Below are positions 16,780-27,037 of a stretch of 64,000 nucleotides of DNA, piece after piece. Positions within the stretch are counted from its first letter, which is position 1; each line of letters starts with the position of its first letter. This DNA comes from Microgenomates group bacterium (GTDB taxonomy: Bacteria > Patescibacteriota > Microgenomatia > PFEM01 > JBNASD01), in NCBI GenBank assembly GCA_049720225.1, contig JBNASD010000001.1:164733-228732 (forward strand), read 5' to 3'. The notes beneath the pieces are model-generated. The model ran no database searches, was not told where the DNA came from, and saw nothing but the letters and a program-made list of their open reading frames with translations. The position numbers and the translations under genes were made by a program.

Positions 16780-17899
16780 TGAAGGTTTTTTCTACTAAAT
16801 CAGCAAGTCTTTTTCCGGCATCCAAAATAACTAATTTTTTAGCTTTAAAGGCATTTTTCTGGTAAGAATTAAGATTTTTAATCATTTTAAAAATTAAATC
16901 TAAAAGAATTTCCGGGGTTAGACTGCTTTGAGGTAAAATTTCGGCAATTCCTACCCGTTTAAGCATTTTAGCGTTTTTAGTTTGTTCATCTTGATAAAGC
17001 CAAGGAAGAGGAATCAAAATTGCCGGCTTTCCTAAAATTGCTAATTCTGCTACGGTATTTGCTCCCGAACGAGAAATTACCAAATCCGCTTTATTTAATA
17101 ATGTCCCCATTTCTAAAGGAGAAAGATAACGTTTATAATGAAAACTCTTTCTTAATTCTTTAGGAAGCGATTTTTTAATTTCTCCCAATTTTTTAATCAT
17201 TTCTTTATCCGCTAATTTTCCACATTGAAGAAAAATATTTACCTTTTCTAATAATTGGGGAATAATTTTAGTAATTGTTTGATTTATAATTTGAGAACCT
17301 TGATTGCCACCGGTAACAAAAATTAGAGGTTTATTTTCGGGATATTTTAACGACCGCCAAAAATTTTCTTCTACTAAAAAAATTTCTTTTCTTAAAGGAT
17401 TACCGGTTAAAACGGTTTTCTTTTTAGGAAAGTTTTTCTTAGTTTGTCGCCAGGAAATAGCAATTTTTTTAGCAAATAAAGAATTAAATTTAGTAGCTAA
17501 ACCCTTAACCGTTGTCTGTTCGTGAGTAATTACCGGAATTCTTAAAAGCCAACCGCCAAATACCACCGGAACACTTAAATATCCACCAAACGACAAAATA
17601 ATTCCTGGTTTAATTTTCCAAAGATAATATAAAGCTTGAAAAAAACCAATAGGAATTTTTAACCAAGAAATTACTGTATGCCAATTAAAAAATCGTCTTA
17701 CCCTTCCGGCGATTAAAGGATAAAAGGGAATTCCCCTTTGGGGAATTACTTCTGATTCAACCGAAGGAGTTTTACTTTCTTCAGAGGCATATTTTCTGCC
17801 AATAAAAAAAATTCGCCAACCTCTTTTTTCTAATTCTTCAATTACACTTAAAGCAGGCGTAAGATGACCACCGGTAATGACAATTTTTTTGTTATTCAT
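16766..17899 (-). CDS. murG: MurG glycosyltransferase
   Basis: TGGHLTPA, HEQT, GNPLR, GGNQGS, SRSGANT. Confidence 0.95.
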   Translation of the reverse strand: MNNKKIVITGGHLTPALSVIEELEKRGWRIFFIGRKYASEESKTPSVESEVIPQRGIPFYPLIAGRVRRFFNWHTVISWLKIPIGFFQALYYLWKIKPGIILSFGGYLSVPVVFGGWLLRIPVITHEQTTVKGLATKFNSLFAKKIAISWRQTKKNFPKKKTVLTGNPLRKEIFLVEENFWRSLKYPENKPLIFVTGGNQGSQIINQTITKIIPQLLEKVNIFLQCGKLADKEMIKKLGEIKKSLPKELRKSFHYKRYLSPLEMGTLLNKADLVISRSGANTVAELAILGKPAILIPLPWLYQDEQTKNAKMLKRVGIAEILPQSSLTPEILLDLIFKMIKNLNSYQKNAFKAKKLVILDAGKRLADLVEKTFNEKN

Positions 17900-19017
17900 T
17901 TAATAACCTTTCTTTGTCGAGAAATATTAGCTAAAATCGCTAACGAAATTAAATTTAAAACCAATGACGATCCTCCATAAGAAATAAAAGGTAAAGGAAT
18001 TCCTGTTAACGGCAATAAGGCAGTCATCGATCCTAAGTTTATCAAAACTTGAAATCCTAATCCAAAAATAATTCCTCCTGCTAAAATTTGCGTGAATTTA
18101 TCGGGAGCATACTTGGCAATTTTTAATCCTCGCCAAATTAAAAATAAATAAATAAAAATTAAAAAAAGACTCCCTAAAAATCCTAATTCTTCGGCAATAA
18201 TAGCAAAAATTGAATCGGTGGTAACTGCCGGCACAAAAGAATATTTTTGGCGAGAATGACCTAAACCTAAACCAAAAATCCCTCCTGACCCAATGGCAAT
18301 CAAAATTTGTCGAATATGATAAGAAAATCCCAATGGATCTCGCTCTAAATTTAAAAAAGTCAAAAATCTTTCTTTTCGATAAGAAGAGCTAAAAATTAGT
18401 CCTAATCCTCCCAAAACTCCCCCTAAAACTAAAAGAATCATCTGCCATAAAGGTGCGCCCGCTAAAAAATAAATCACTAAAGCAGACGAAACCAAAGCGA
18501 CCGTTGTCCCTAAATCTGGTTCTAACAAAATTAAACCAGAAATTAATCCTAGAATGATAAAAAATGGAATTTTATTTCGCTGACTAGTTAAAAAAGCCGC
18601 TCCCCAAAGTAAAAAAGAAAATTTTGCTAATTCTGCTGGTTGAAAACGAACCGGACCAAAAAATAGCCACCTTTTTGCCCCCCAAACTTCTGTTCCTATT
18701 CCCGGAATTAAAACAATTACTAAAAAAAATAACGAAGCTAAAAGAAGAAAAAAAGAAATATTTTTTAAAAATTTTAAAGGTAAATGGTAAAAAATCAAAA
18801 ATAAAACCCCACCAATTAAAAACCAAATAAATTGGAGTTTTAAAAAATAAAATTTATCACCAAATTCTCTTAGGGCTTCGGCCGCAGAAACGTTACCAAT
18901 CATAAAAAGACCAAAAATCGCTAAAAAAATTCCTGTTCCCAAAAAAATCCAATCTGGTGAGGAATTTTGGGAACGCAAAACAACTTTTTTTCTTTTTTTT
19001 CTAAAGCGTGGAAACAT
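17896..19017 (-). CDS. ftsW: FtsW
   Basis: FQPAELAK, EPDLGT, GHSRQK, TDSIFAIIAEELG, ISYGGSS; probable start 19017. Confidence 0.93.
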   Translation of the reverse strand: MFPRFRKKRKKVVLRSQNSSPDWIFLGTGIFLAIFGLFMIGNVSAAEALREFGDKFYFLKLQFIWFLIGGVLFLIFYHLPLKFLKNISFFLLLASLFFLVIVLIPGIGTEVWGAKRWLFFGPVRFQPAELAKFSFLLWGAAFLTSQRNKIPFFIILGLISGLILLEPDLGTTVALVSSALVIYFLAGAPLWQMILLVLGGVLGGLGLIFSSSYRKERFLTFLNLERDPLGFSYHIRQILIAIGSGGIFGLGLGHSRQKYSFVPAVTTDSIFAIIAEELGFLGSLFLIFIYLFLIWRGLKIAKYAPDKFTQILAGGIIFGLGFQVLINLGSMTALLPLTGIPLPFISYGGSSLVLNLISLAILANISRQRKVIK

Positions 19018-20344
19018 AATTTTTAAATTGCCACCCCCGATCTTTATAATTTTTAAACATATCAAAAGAAGCGCAAGCAGGTGAAAGAAGAATAATATCT
19101 CCCTTTTTTGCTTCTTTAAAAGCTAAATTAACAATTTCCTTCATTGTTTTTGGACGAAAAATAATTTTTCCTTTAAATCCACCTTTTAAAAGAGCTTTTT
19201 TAATTTTTAAAGCAGTCAAACCAACCAAAATTACCGTTTTCACTAAAGAATTAGCGACTTCTTTTCCCAACTGAGAATAGTCTGAACCTTTTTCTGATCC
19301 CCCTAATATTAAAATTATCGGTGATTTAAAAGCTTTTATCGCCGCAATTGTTGTTTCGGGAGTAGTAGAAAAAGAATCATTATAAAATTTAACACCGTTT
19401 ATTTCTCTCACAAATTCTAAACGATGTTCTAATCCCTTAAAACCAAAAACCGCCGAAAAACTTTTAAAATTTACTCCCGCCAAATAACCAGCAGTAATCG
19501 CCGCACAAACATTTTCCCAGTTATGTTCTCCCAAAAGCTGAAGTTTTTCTGTTGAACCTATTAGTTTCTCAAAAAGATAAATTTTTTTATTTTTAATATA
19601 AGCACCTTTAACCTTTTTTTGCCGACTAAAATAAAAGACTTGCCCAGAGGTTAATTTAGCCAACGAACAAGAATTTTGATTATCCGCATTTATTACCGCA
19701 AAATCTTGTTTTGTTTGGTGACGAACGATATTTGATTTTGCCAAAAGATACTCCTCAAAAGAAGAATGATAGTCTAAATGTTCCGGAGCAATAAATAATA
19801 CTACCGCAATATGAGGACTTTTTTCTAAATCAATTAACTGAAAGCTAGAAAGTTCTAAAACTACCCAACTTTTTTTATCTAAATAAGGTAAAATTTTTAA
19901 AACTGGTTCACCAATATTTCCTCCTAAATAAACTTTTTTTCCATCTTTTTTTAAAATTTCATAAATTAAAGTAGAAGTAGTTCCTTTTCCTTTTGTTCCG
20001 GTAACTCCAATTATTTTTCCGGGGCAAAGATCAAAAAAAAGTTTAGTGGCGCTGGTAATTATTTTTCCTGCTTTTTTGGCTTCTTCAATTTCCGGTAAAG
20101 AAGGACGAAAGCCAGGCGAACGAAAGATAATATCAAAATCCATTAAACCTTTTTTCAAATAATTTTCTCCCAAAAAATAATTTTTAATCTTTAGTTTTTT
20201 AATTTTTTCTTTTATCTCTTGATCGTTTTTCTGATCAAAAACGGTAATTTCTTTTATCCCTTGATTAAGAAGAAATTGACAAACATCTTCTCCTTCAATC
20301 CCCAATCCCAAAATCGCAATTTTTTTTCCTTGAAAGTTAATCAT
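19001..20344 (-). CDS. murD: MurD ligase
   Basis: GVTGTKGKGTT, LELSSFQL, LEHRLE, LSPACASFDMF. Confidence 0.95.
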   Translation of the reverse strand: MINFQGKKIAILGLGIEGEDVCQFLLNQGIKEITVFDQKNDQEIKEKIKKLKIKNYFLGENYLKKGLMDFDIIFRSPGFRPSLPEIEEAKKAGKIITSATKLFFDLCPGKIIGVTGTKGKGTTSTLIYEILKKDGKKVYLGGNIGEPVLKILPYLDKKSWVVLELSSFQLIDLEKSPHIAVVLFIAPEHLDYHSSFEEYLLAKSNIVRHQTKQDFAVINADNQNSCSLAKLTSGQVFYFSRQKKVKGAYIKNKKIYLFEKLIGSTEKLQLLGEHNWENVCAAITAGYLAGVNFKSFSAVFGFKGLEHRLEFVREINGVKFYNDSFSTTPETTIAAIKAFKSPIILILGGSEKGSDYSQLGKEVANSLVKTVILVGLTALKIKKALLKGGFKGKIIFRPKTMKEIVNLAFKEAKKGDIILLSPACASFDMFKNYKDRGWQFKNYVSTL

Positions 20345-20352
20345 CAAAGTTT

Positions 20353-20361
20353 ATTATAGCA
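20353..20361 (-). promoter_or_regulatory. Extended -10 (TGcTATAAT), 8 nt before murD ATG
   Basis: Perfect consensus in a short intergenic gap. Confidence 0.65.
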
Positions 20362-20371
20362 GAGTTAAAAA

Positions 20372-21403
20372 CTACATTAGGGATAACCACAAACCAAAAA
20401 TTGCCAACATTACGCCTGCTAACCAAGCCCGAAAAACAATTTTTGGTTCTTCCCAACCCCGATATTGTAACCATAAATGAAAGGGAGCAACCGCAAAAAC
20501 TTTTCTTCCTAAAAATTTTTTCCCAAGCATTTGAATTAAGCTAGAAGTTACCTCAACAATAAATAGTCCGCCAATAACCACTAACCCCATAATTTTTCCC
20601 AAAAGAAGACCAACTACCGCCAAAGTAGCTCCAAAAGATAGTGCGCCTACATCCCCTAACCAAATTCGCGCGGGATAGATATTAAAATACAAAAAGGCAA
20701 TAATTCCTCCTAACCACAAAGCAAGAAAAACTGCTAAAGTGGTATCTAAAATTGAAGCAGAAATAACCCAAAAAGCAAAAAGGCAAATCATTAATAATCC
20801 ACAAGACAATCCATCCAATCCATCAGTAATGTTGAAAGCATTGGCAAAAGCAACAATTACAAAAGCAGCAAAAGGAATATAAAAAAGCCCTAAATAAATC
20901 GTTCCTAAAAAGGGAATATAAACAAAATTAATCCCCAAATTAAAATATAAAAGCCCAGCAATAATAAAAGCCAAAATCCATTGAATAATAAATTTATGTC
21001 TCATTCTTAACCCAAAAAAACCGCTTTGTTGAAAACCGAAAAATTTTTTCAAATCATCATAAAGCCCTAAAATCCCAAAAGAAATAAAAGTAAAAAATAA
21101 GATATTTAATTCTTCTTTAATTGGATAAACGGCGGTAACATATACACCCAAAAATTTCACTAAAGGAAAAAGAATAAAATACATTAAAGAAACAGTAAAA
21201 ATTATTAATAATCCTCCTCCGACTGGTGTGCCTGCTTTATGTTTATGAAGCTTGTTAAAAATCGGGGTGATCTTTCCTAAAAAATCTCTTGTTTTTTGTT
21301 CTTGGCGAAGAAATTTTAGTTTATATAAAAAATCAATAAAAGGAACAATTAAAATACTATGAATAATAAAGGAAAAAATTAAGATTCCTAAAAAAAGACT
21401 CAT
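20372..21403 (-). CDS. mraY: MraY translocase
   Basis: KAGTPVGGG, YDD, NITDGLDGL, GDVGAL, APFH. Confidence 0.95.
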   Translation of the reverse strand: MSLFLGILIFSFIIHSILIVPFIDFLYKLKFLRQEQKTRDFLGKITPIFNKLHKHKAGTPVGGGLLIIFTVSLMYFILFPLVKFLGVYVTAVYPIKEELNILFFTFISFGILGLYDDLKKFFGFQQSGFFGLRMRHKFIIQWILAFIIAGLLYFNLGINFVYIPFLGTIYLGLFYIPFAAFVIVAFANAFNITDGLDGLSCGLLMICLFAFWVISASILDTTLAVFLALWLGGIIAFLYFNIYPARIWLGDVGALSFGATLAVVGLLLGKIMGLVVIGGLFIVEVTSSLIQMLGKKFLGRKVFAVAPFHLWLQYRGWEEPKIVFRAWLAGVMLAIFGLWLSLM

Positions 21404-21418
21404 TTTTTTAATTTTATG

Positions 21419-22657
21419 TTATTTAAATCCCTTTTGTAAATAAGGACAATTTTGACATTGCCAATAAAAATGACAAGAAGTTACTCGGCAGCCTACTTTT
21501 TTCCCTTCAAGAATTAATAAAATTCTTTCAGTATGACGAAGTAAAGAACCCTTAAGATAGAATAAATCTCCCTTTTTTAAAATCTTTTTTAAAATCTCTC
21601 CTGCTTCTAAAACATCTTTTGCCCAAAAAAGTTGATTTTTATCTTTTCCTAATTTTTCTGCTTCTTTTACCGCTAATTTTTGTAAAGGCCCAATACCTAA
21701 AAAGTAGTCAATGTTTTTTAATTGAGCAATTTTTTTTCCAATCTCTCGATGTTCTTTTTCTGCCATTACTCCTAATTCTCCCATTTCTCCTAAAACCGCC
21801 ACTCTTTTTCCTTTAGTTGGTAATTCGCTTAAGGTTTCTAAACCTGCTTGGGTAGAAGCAGGGTTAGCTCTTAGATGATCGTCAATTAATATTGTTTCCA
21901 AAGGCCCTTTTTCAACGCTTAATCTTCCTTTTAGTGGTTTTAAATTTTTTAATCCTTTTTTAATTAACTCCCAATCTAATCCTACCAATCTTCCCACAAT
22001 TGCTCCTACCAAACACGCATGAACGAAATGTCTTCCTATTAAACCGGTGATAATTTTTATCCTTTCTTTTTGATGACATAAAGTAAATTCTGTTCCTGAA
22101 AAATTTACTTTTATATTTTCTGCCCAATAATCAGCTTTTGGAGAAGTTCCATACCAAATAACTTTCGCTTGAGTAACTTTCGCCATTGGCAAAACCCGAA
22201 TATCATCTTTATTCAAAATCGCCCATCCTGTTTTCGACAATGCTTTTAGAAGTTTGCTTTTTTCGCTTACAATTCCCTCCAATGAACCCAAAAGTTCCGG
22301 ATCCGAATGAGTAGGGTTAATACCAGTAATCACTCCAATATGAGGTTTAACCAATGATAAATGAAAATCCATCTCGTTTTTATGGTCAACACCATATTCT
22401 AAAACCAGATATCTATGTTTTGGTCTTAATTTCAAAATAGTAATCGGTAGATTATAAATAGTGTCTAAATTGATATCAGTTTGAAGAGTAGGTGCTTTTT
22501 GAGAAAGAACTTCGGTAATTGCCCGAGTGGTGTTCGTTTTTCCATAACTTCCGGTAATTCCAATAATAGTTAAATGAGGAAAAAATTTAAGCCAAGTTTT
22601 TGCTAAAATCCTTCTTGTAAAATGAAAAATTTGTTTCCAGTTTTTCTTTTTTTCCAT
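21419..22657 (-). CDS. murF: MurF-like ligase lacking the N-terminal domain, with a C-terminal 4-Cys tail
   Basis: GITGSYGKTNT, ANPAS, LGEMGELG, LKGS. Confidence 0.88.
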   Translation of the reverse strand: MEKKKNWKQIFHFTRRILAKTWLKFFPHLTIIGITGSYGKTNTTRAITEVLSQKAPTLQTDINLDTIYNLPITILKLRPKHRYLVLEYGVDHKNEMDFHLSLVKPHIGVITGINPTHSDPELLGSLEGIVSEKSKLLKALSKTGWAILNKDDIRVLPMAKVTQAKVIWYGTSPKADYWAENIKVNFSGTEFTLCHQKERIKIITGLIGRHFVHACLVGAIVGRLVGLDWELIKKGLKNLKPLKGRLSVEKGPLETILIDDHLRANPASTQAGLETLSELPTKGKRVAVLGEMGELGVMAEKEHREIGKKIAQLKNIDYFLGIGPLQKLAVKEAEKLGKDKNQLFWAKDVLEAGEILKKILKKGDLFYLKGSLLRHTERILLILEGKKVGCRVTSCHFYWQCQNCPYLQKGFK

Positions 22658-22663
22658 AAAAAA

Positions 22664-22672
22664 ATTCTATCA
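22664..22672 (-). promoter_or_regulatory. Extended -10 (TGaTAGAAT), 6 nt before murF ATG
   Basis: Consensus match; leaderless spacing. Confidence 0.6.
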
Positions 22673-22686
22673 TTTTTTTATTATTT

Positions 22687-23946
22687 TTATTCTACCCTTT
22701 TAATTTCCGCTCCTAATGATTTTAATCTTTCTTCGATTCTTTCATATCCTCTTTCAATTATTTCAATTTTACCAATTTCGCTTTTTCCTTCAGCGCACAA
22801 AGCAGCGCAAATTAAAGCCATTCCCGCGCGAATATCCGGACTTTCTAATTCTTTCCCTCGCAATTTCGTCGGTCCAGCCACTATTACTCGGTGAGGATCA
22901 CATAAAGTAATATTTGCTCCCATTGTAATTAATTTATCGACAAAAAACATCCGCGATTCATACATCCAATCATGACATAAACTTACTCCCTGTGCTTGAG
23001 TAGCTAAAACAATAAAAGGACTCATTAAATCGGTAGGAAAGCCCGGCCACGGACGAGTTTGAAATTTATTTAATGAAGGCTGAAGTTTTGAAGGATAAAC
23101 TTCCAAACTTTCCTTATTCAATTTGAACTTCATTCCTATCTTTTGAAAATAATAACTAATCATCGGAAAATCTTGAAACCTAATCCCTCTAATTTTTATT
23201 TCTCCTTGTGTAACCGCCCCAATAATGGCAAATGTTCCTGCATCAATGTAATCCGGACCAACTTTAAATGTCGCTCCGTGAAGTTTTTTTACTCCTTCGA
23301 TTTCAATTCGATTAGTTCCTAATCCTTTTATTTTTGCTCCCATTAAATTTAAAAATTCACCTAAATCTTGAATATGAGGTTCACATGCCGCATCTTCAAT
23401 AATTGTTTTTCCTGGAATTAAACTAGCCAAAAGCATCGCATTTTCAGTGGCAGTCACTGAAACTTCTGTTAAAAAAATTCTATTTGCTTTTGGTTTTTTT
23501 AATTCTGCTTCGTAATTTTCTTCTCCCACTAAAATTTTTGCCCCTAACTTTTCTAAAGCTTGAAAATGAATATCAACCGGTCTTCTTCCCACCATACATC
23601 CGCCGGGATGCCTTAAGAGTGCTTTTCTAAAACGCGCCAATAATGGCCCCAAAAGAAGAATTGAGGCTCTTAATTTGGAAACTAATAAAGGATTAAGATG
23701 GTATTTTTTCACCCCCCGACAATTAATTACTAATCGATTGGTTCCCAATCCCTCAATCTTTGCTCCCAAATCCTTCATTAATTCTCCTAAAACAATTACA
23801 TCACCTATTCGAGGAACGTTTTCTAATACACAATCTTCATCAGTTAAAAGACACGCCGCCATTAATGGCAAAACTGAATTTTTGTTTCCAGAAACCCAAA
23901 CTTCTCCTTTTAATTTTTTTCCTCCTTCAATAATAAATTTTGCCAT
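22687..23946 (-). CDS. murA: UDP-GlcNAc enolpyruvyl transferase
   Basis: GNKNS, LRASI, PGGCMVGRRP (active-site Cys), PGFPTD, DIRAG. Confidence 0.96.
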   Translation of the reverse strand: MAKFIIEGGKKLKGEVWVSGNKNSVLPLMAACLLTDEDCVLENVPRIGDVIVLGELMKDLGAKIEGLGTNRLVINCRGVKKYHLNPLLVSKLRASILLLGPLLARFRKALLRHPGGCMVGRRPVDIHFQALEKLGAKILVGEENYEAELKKPKANRIFLTEVSVTATENAMLLASLIPGKTIIEDAACEPHIQDLGEFLNLMGAKIKGLGTNRIEIEGVKKLHGATFKVGPDYIDAGTFAIIGAVTQGEIKIRGIRFQDFPMISYYFQKIGMKFKLNKESLEVYPSKLQPSLNKFQTRPWPGFPTDLMSPFIVLATQAQGVSLCHDWMYESRMFFVDKLITMGANITLCDPHRVIVAGPTKLRGKELESPDIRAGMALICAALCAEGKSEIGKIEIIERGYERIEERLKSLGAEIKRVE

Positions 23947-23957
23947 CTGAAAATATT

Positions 23958-24872
23958 TTATCCTTCTTTTTTAAATTTAGCAAATCCTAAAAAACAAATT
24001 TCTTCTTTTAACTCTACACCAAATTTTTCTTTGATTTTTTCTTTAATTAAACCAATTAATTTTAAAACATCTTTTGCTTTTGCTTTACCTATATTAACAA
24101 TAAAATTGGCATGTTTTGGAGAAACTTGAGCATCACCAACACTTTTTCCCTTAAAACCAGCTTTATCGATGAGTTCTCCTGCTGCTAGTGGTTTAGGATT
24201 AATAAAAATACAACCAGCTGATGGCTCTTTTGGTTGTCCCTGACGACGACTTAAATATTCCTTCATCATTTCCTCAATTTTTTTAGCCTCACCCTTCTCA
24301 AGTTGAAACTCAACCGCTAAAATTATTTCTTCGCTTTTTTTAAATCGACTTTGCCGATAAGAAAACTCACATTCTTTTTTCTCTAACCATTTAATTTCTC
24401 CTTTTTTTGTTAAAACTTTTACTTTTTTAACTTTATCTCCAATTCCCATTCCCCAGGCTCCCGCATTTCCTCTCACTGCTCCACCCACTGTTCCCGGAAT
24501 ACCAATTAAAAATTCCAATCCCGCTAAAGAATGATCTTTTGCTTTCTTAAGAATGGTACTTAACTTTGTTCCTGCTCCAGCAATAATTTTTCTATCTTTA
24601 ATTTCTAATTGAGAATTGGCAATTTTTATTACCAGCCCCCGAAAACCTTCATCGGCCACTAAAAGATTTGAACCTCCTCCTAAAATAAAATAGGGAATTT
24701 TAAGTTTTTTTGCGATTAAAACCGCTTTAATTATCTCTTCTTCTGTTTTTGCTTCGTAAAATAAATCCGCCGGCCCCCCAATTTTAAAAGTGGTATGTAA
24801 AGAAAGCGGCTCTTTTTCTTTAACCCGCTTCTTGCCTAAGAATTTAATGATTTTAAGATATTTTTTCCCCAT
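23958..24872 (-). CDS. murB: MurB reductase
   Basis: IGGPAD, GGGSNLL, GIPGTVGGA, SAGCIFINP, KHANFIVN. Confidence 0.96.
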   Translation of the reverse strand: MGKKYLKIIKFLGKKRVKEKEPLSLHTTFKIGGPADLFYEAKTEEEIIKAVLIAKKLKIPYFILGGGSNLLVADEGFRGLVIKIANSQLEIKDRKIIAGAGTKLSTILKKAKDHSLAGLEFLIGIPGTVGGAVRGNAGAWGMGIGDKVKKVKVLTKKGEIKWLEKKECEFSYRQSRFKKSEEIILAVEFQLEKGEAKKIEEMMKEYLSRRQGQPKEPSAGCIFINPKPLAAGELIDKAGFKGKSVGDAQVSPKHANFIVNIGKAKAKDVLKLIGLIKEKIKEKFGVELKEEICFLGFAKFKKEG

Positions 24873-26260
24873 GAAAAAATACTCCCCGCTCCCAAAGTAA
24901 AAATAATATCATCTTTTTTAACCTCTTTCTTTAATAATTCTATCACTTCGGGTAATCCGGGACGAAAAAATACCGCCGGATGATTTTTGGCTACTTCTTG
25001 GGCTAATATTTTTCCAGTTATTCCTAAGTTATCTTTTTCTCTTGCTGAGGCATAAATTTCACTAATAATTACTAGTCCTGCCCCATTAAAACAACGACCA
25101 AATTCTTTTAATAAAGCCTTTGTGCGGCTATAAGTATGAGGTTGAAAAACCGTAATAATTCTTTTTTGAGGAAACCACTTTTTGGCAGTATCAATTACCT
25201 GTTTGATTTCTGAAGGATGATGAGCATAATCGTCGTAAACCATAACTCCTCTCCTTTCTCCAATAAACTCAAATCTTCTTTTTGTTCCTCGAAAATTTTT
25301 AAGGCCAACTTTTATTTCGTTTTCTCTCATTCCTAAAAAAATTCCCACCGCAAATCCAGCCGCACTATTCAAAATATTAAATCTTCCCGGAATTTTTATT
25401 TTTATTCCCCGAAACAAAATTCCTTTAAAAGAAAGATCAAAAAATGTTTCTCCATTTCTTAAAGTAAAATTTTCAATCCGCCAATCTGCCTGAGGAGAAA
25501 AACCATAGGTTTGTAAAACGGGTTTAAATTTTTTGGCTACCACTAAAGTATTAGGATTATCAGCACAAGCTAAAAGCAAACCATCTTTAGGAATTTTTTC
25601 AAAAAAAGAAGCAAAGGCTTCTTTGGTTTTTTCAAAGTTTGGGTAAATATCTGGATGATCATATTCGATATTAGTAACAACAATTATTTTGGGATTTTGA
25701 AAAATAAATCTTGGTCGATTATCTACTCCTGGTGAATTGGCATACTCATCCGCTTCCACCACAAATTCTTTTCCTTCATCCCACTTTCCTGGAAAACCTA
25801 AGGGTTTAATCCCAGCAACACCAATCGCGTAACTTGGCTTTCTTTTTCCAAAACTTAAAATATTGGCAATTATTGAGGAAGTGGTAGTTTTTCCTCCCAC
25901 TCCGCAAACAGAGATACCTAATTTACTCTCCATTAGCTTTCCTAAAGCCTCAGCGTGAGTCAAAACGGAAATTTTTAATTTTTTAGCAATTATTACCTCC
26001 GGATTATTTAATCCCCCATGAGCGCCGGTGGTAATTAATAAATCAGGTTTCGGTTTTAGATTTTCTTCTTTAAATCCTATTTTCCAGCTAATTTTTCTTT
26101 TTTTTAAAACCTCATCAGTTACAAATTTTTCCTCAACATCAGAACCGCTAATTTTAATTCCTATATCTTGTAAACAGCAAGCTAAGGCAATCATTCCCAC
26201 CCCTTTAATTCCGGTAAAGTGAACCCGTTTGATATTTTTTAAAAAAACTGGTTTTTCCAT
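24836..26260 (-). CDS. murC: MurC ligase
   Basis: GIKGVGM, GKTTT, VEADEY, DDYAHHPSEI, FQPHTYSRT. Confidence 0.95.
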   Translation of the reverse strand: MEKPVFLKNIKRVHFTGIKGVGMIALACCLQDIGIKISGSDVEEKFVTDEVLKKRKISWKIGFKEENLKPKPDLLITTGAHGGLNNPEVIIAKKLKISVLTHAEALGKLMESKLGISVCGVGGKTTTSSIIANILSFGKRKPSYAIGVAGIKPLGFPGKWDEGKEFVVEADEYANSPGVDNRPRFIFQNPKIIVVTNIEYDHPDIYPNFEKTKEAFASFFEKIPKDGLLLACADNPNTLVVAKKFKPVLQTYGFSPQADWRIENFTLRNGETFFDLSFKGILFRGIKIKIPGRFNILNSAAGFAVGIFLGMRENEIKVGLKNFRGTKRRFEFIGERRGVMVYDDYAHHPSEIKQVIDTAKKWFPQKRIITVFQPHTYSRTKALLKEFGRCFNGAGLVIISEIYASAREKDNLGITGKILAQEVAKNHPAVFFRPGLPEVIELLKKEVKKDDIIFTLGAGSIFSWGKNILKSLNS

Positions 26261-26314
26261 TGCTTTAATTAATTAAATTAAAAAATTTATTTAATTAAAC
26301 TAATCAAAATTTTT

Positions 26315-27037
26315 TCAAACTTTTAAACCAATAATTGACAAAATTTCTCCATAATCTTTTTGATTGTCTTTTCTATATGAAAAAAATTCTTGATAATTAC
26401 AAGAAGTACACATTCCAGAACTAAAAATATTTTTTTCCCAAATTCCACTATGAATTAACTGAATTTTGGTAGGAAGGAATAAATTTAAATATTTTTCTTC
26501 AAGTACCATCCCTTTTATTTTCCCGAATTCATTAATAAATTGATCAATTCGATTTTTATCAACAGAATAACATTTTTGACAAATATGAGGACCAATGGCG
26601 ACTAAAATATTTTGAGGAATTCCTCCTAAACGAATTATTTGATCAACCATTTTTTGCGGTAATCTTTTTAACACTCCTCGCCAACCAGCATGAGCTACGC
26701 CAATAATTTTTCTTTCGGGCTCAAAATAAAGCAAGGGCAAGCAATCCGCTGTTCTTACCCCAAGAATTAAATTCCACTCCTGGGTAATTAAACCATCTAC
26801 TCCCGAAATGATTTTTCCTTTATCTTTTTCTTTTACCACTTTTATTTTTGAACCATGAACTTGTTCCGCTAAAATCAAGCTTTTTTCTTCTCCATCCAAA
26901 AGTTTAATAAATTTTTTCCTGGCTTCTTTTTCTAAACCACAATTCCCCAAATTGCGGGAAGAAATCCCATGAATTAAAAAGGGAAATTTTTTTAATTCTT
27001 CAAACTGATAAATTCCTTTTTTGTTTTTAAGAAACAT
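26315..27037 (-). CDS. pgeF: Peptidoglycan editing factor PgeF (YfiH family)
   Basis: QVHGS, TADCLPL, HAGWRG, FFSYR. Confidence 0.9.
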   Translation of the reverse strand: MFLKNKKGIYQFEELKKFPFLIHGISSRNLGNCGLEKEARKKFIKLLDGEEKSLILAEQVHGSKIKVVKEKDKGKIISGVDGLITQEWNLILGVRTADCLPLLYFEPERKIIGVAHAGWRGVLKRLPQKMVDQIIRLGGIPQNILVAIGPHICQKCYSVDKNRIDQFINEFGKIKGMVLEEKYLNLFLPTKIQLIHSGIWEKNIFSSGMCTSCNYQEFFSYRKDNQKDYGEILSIIGLKV

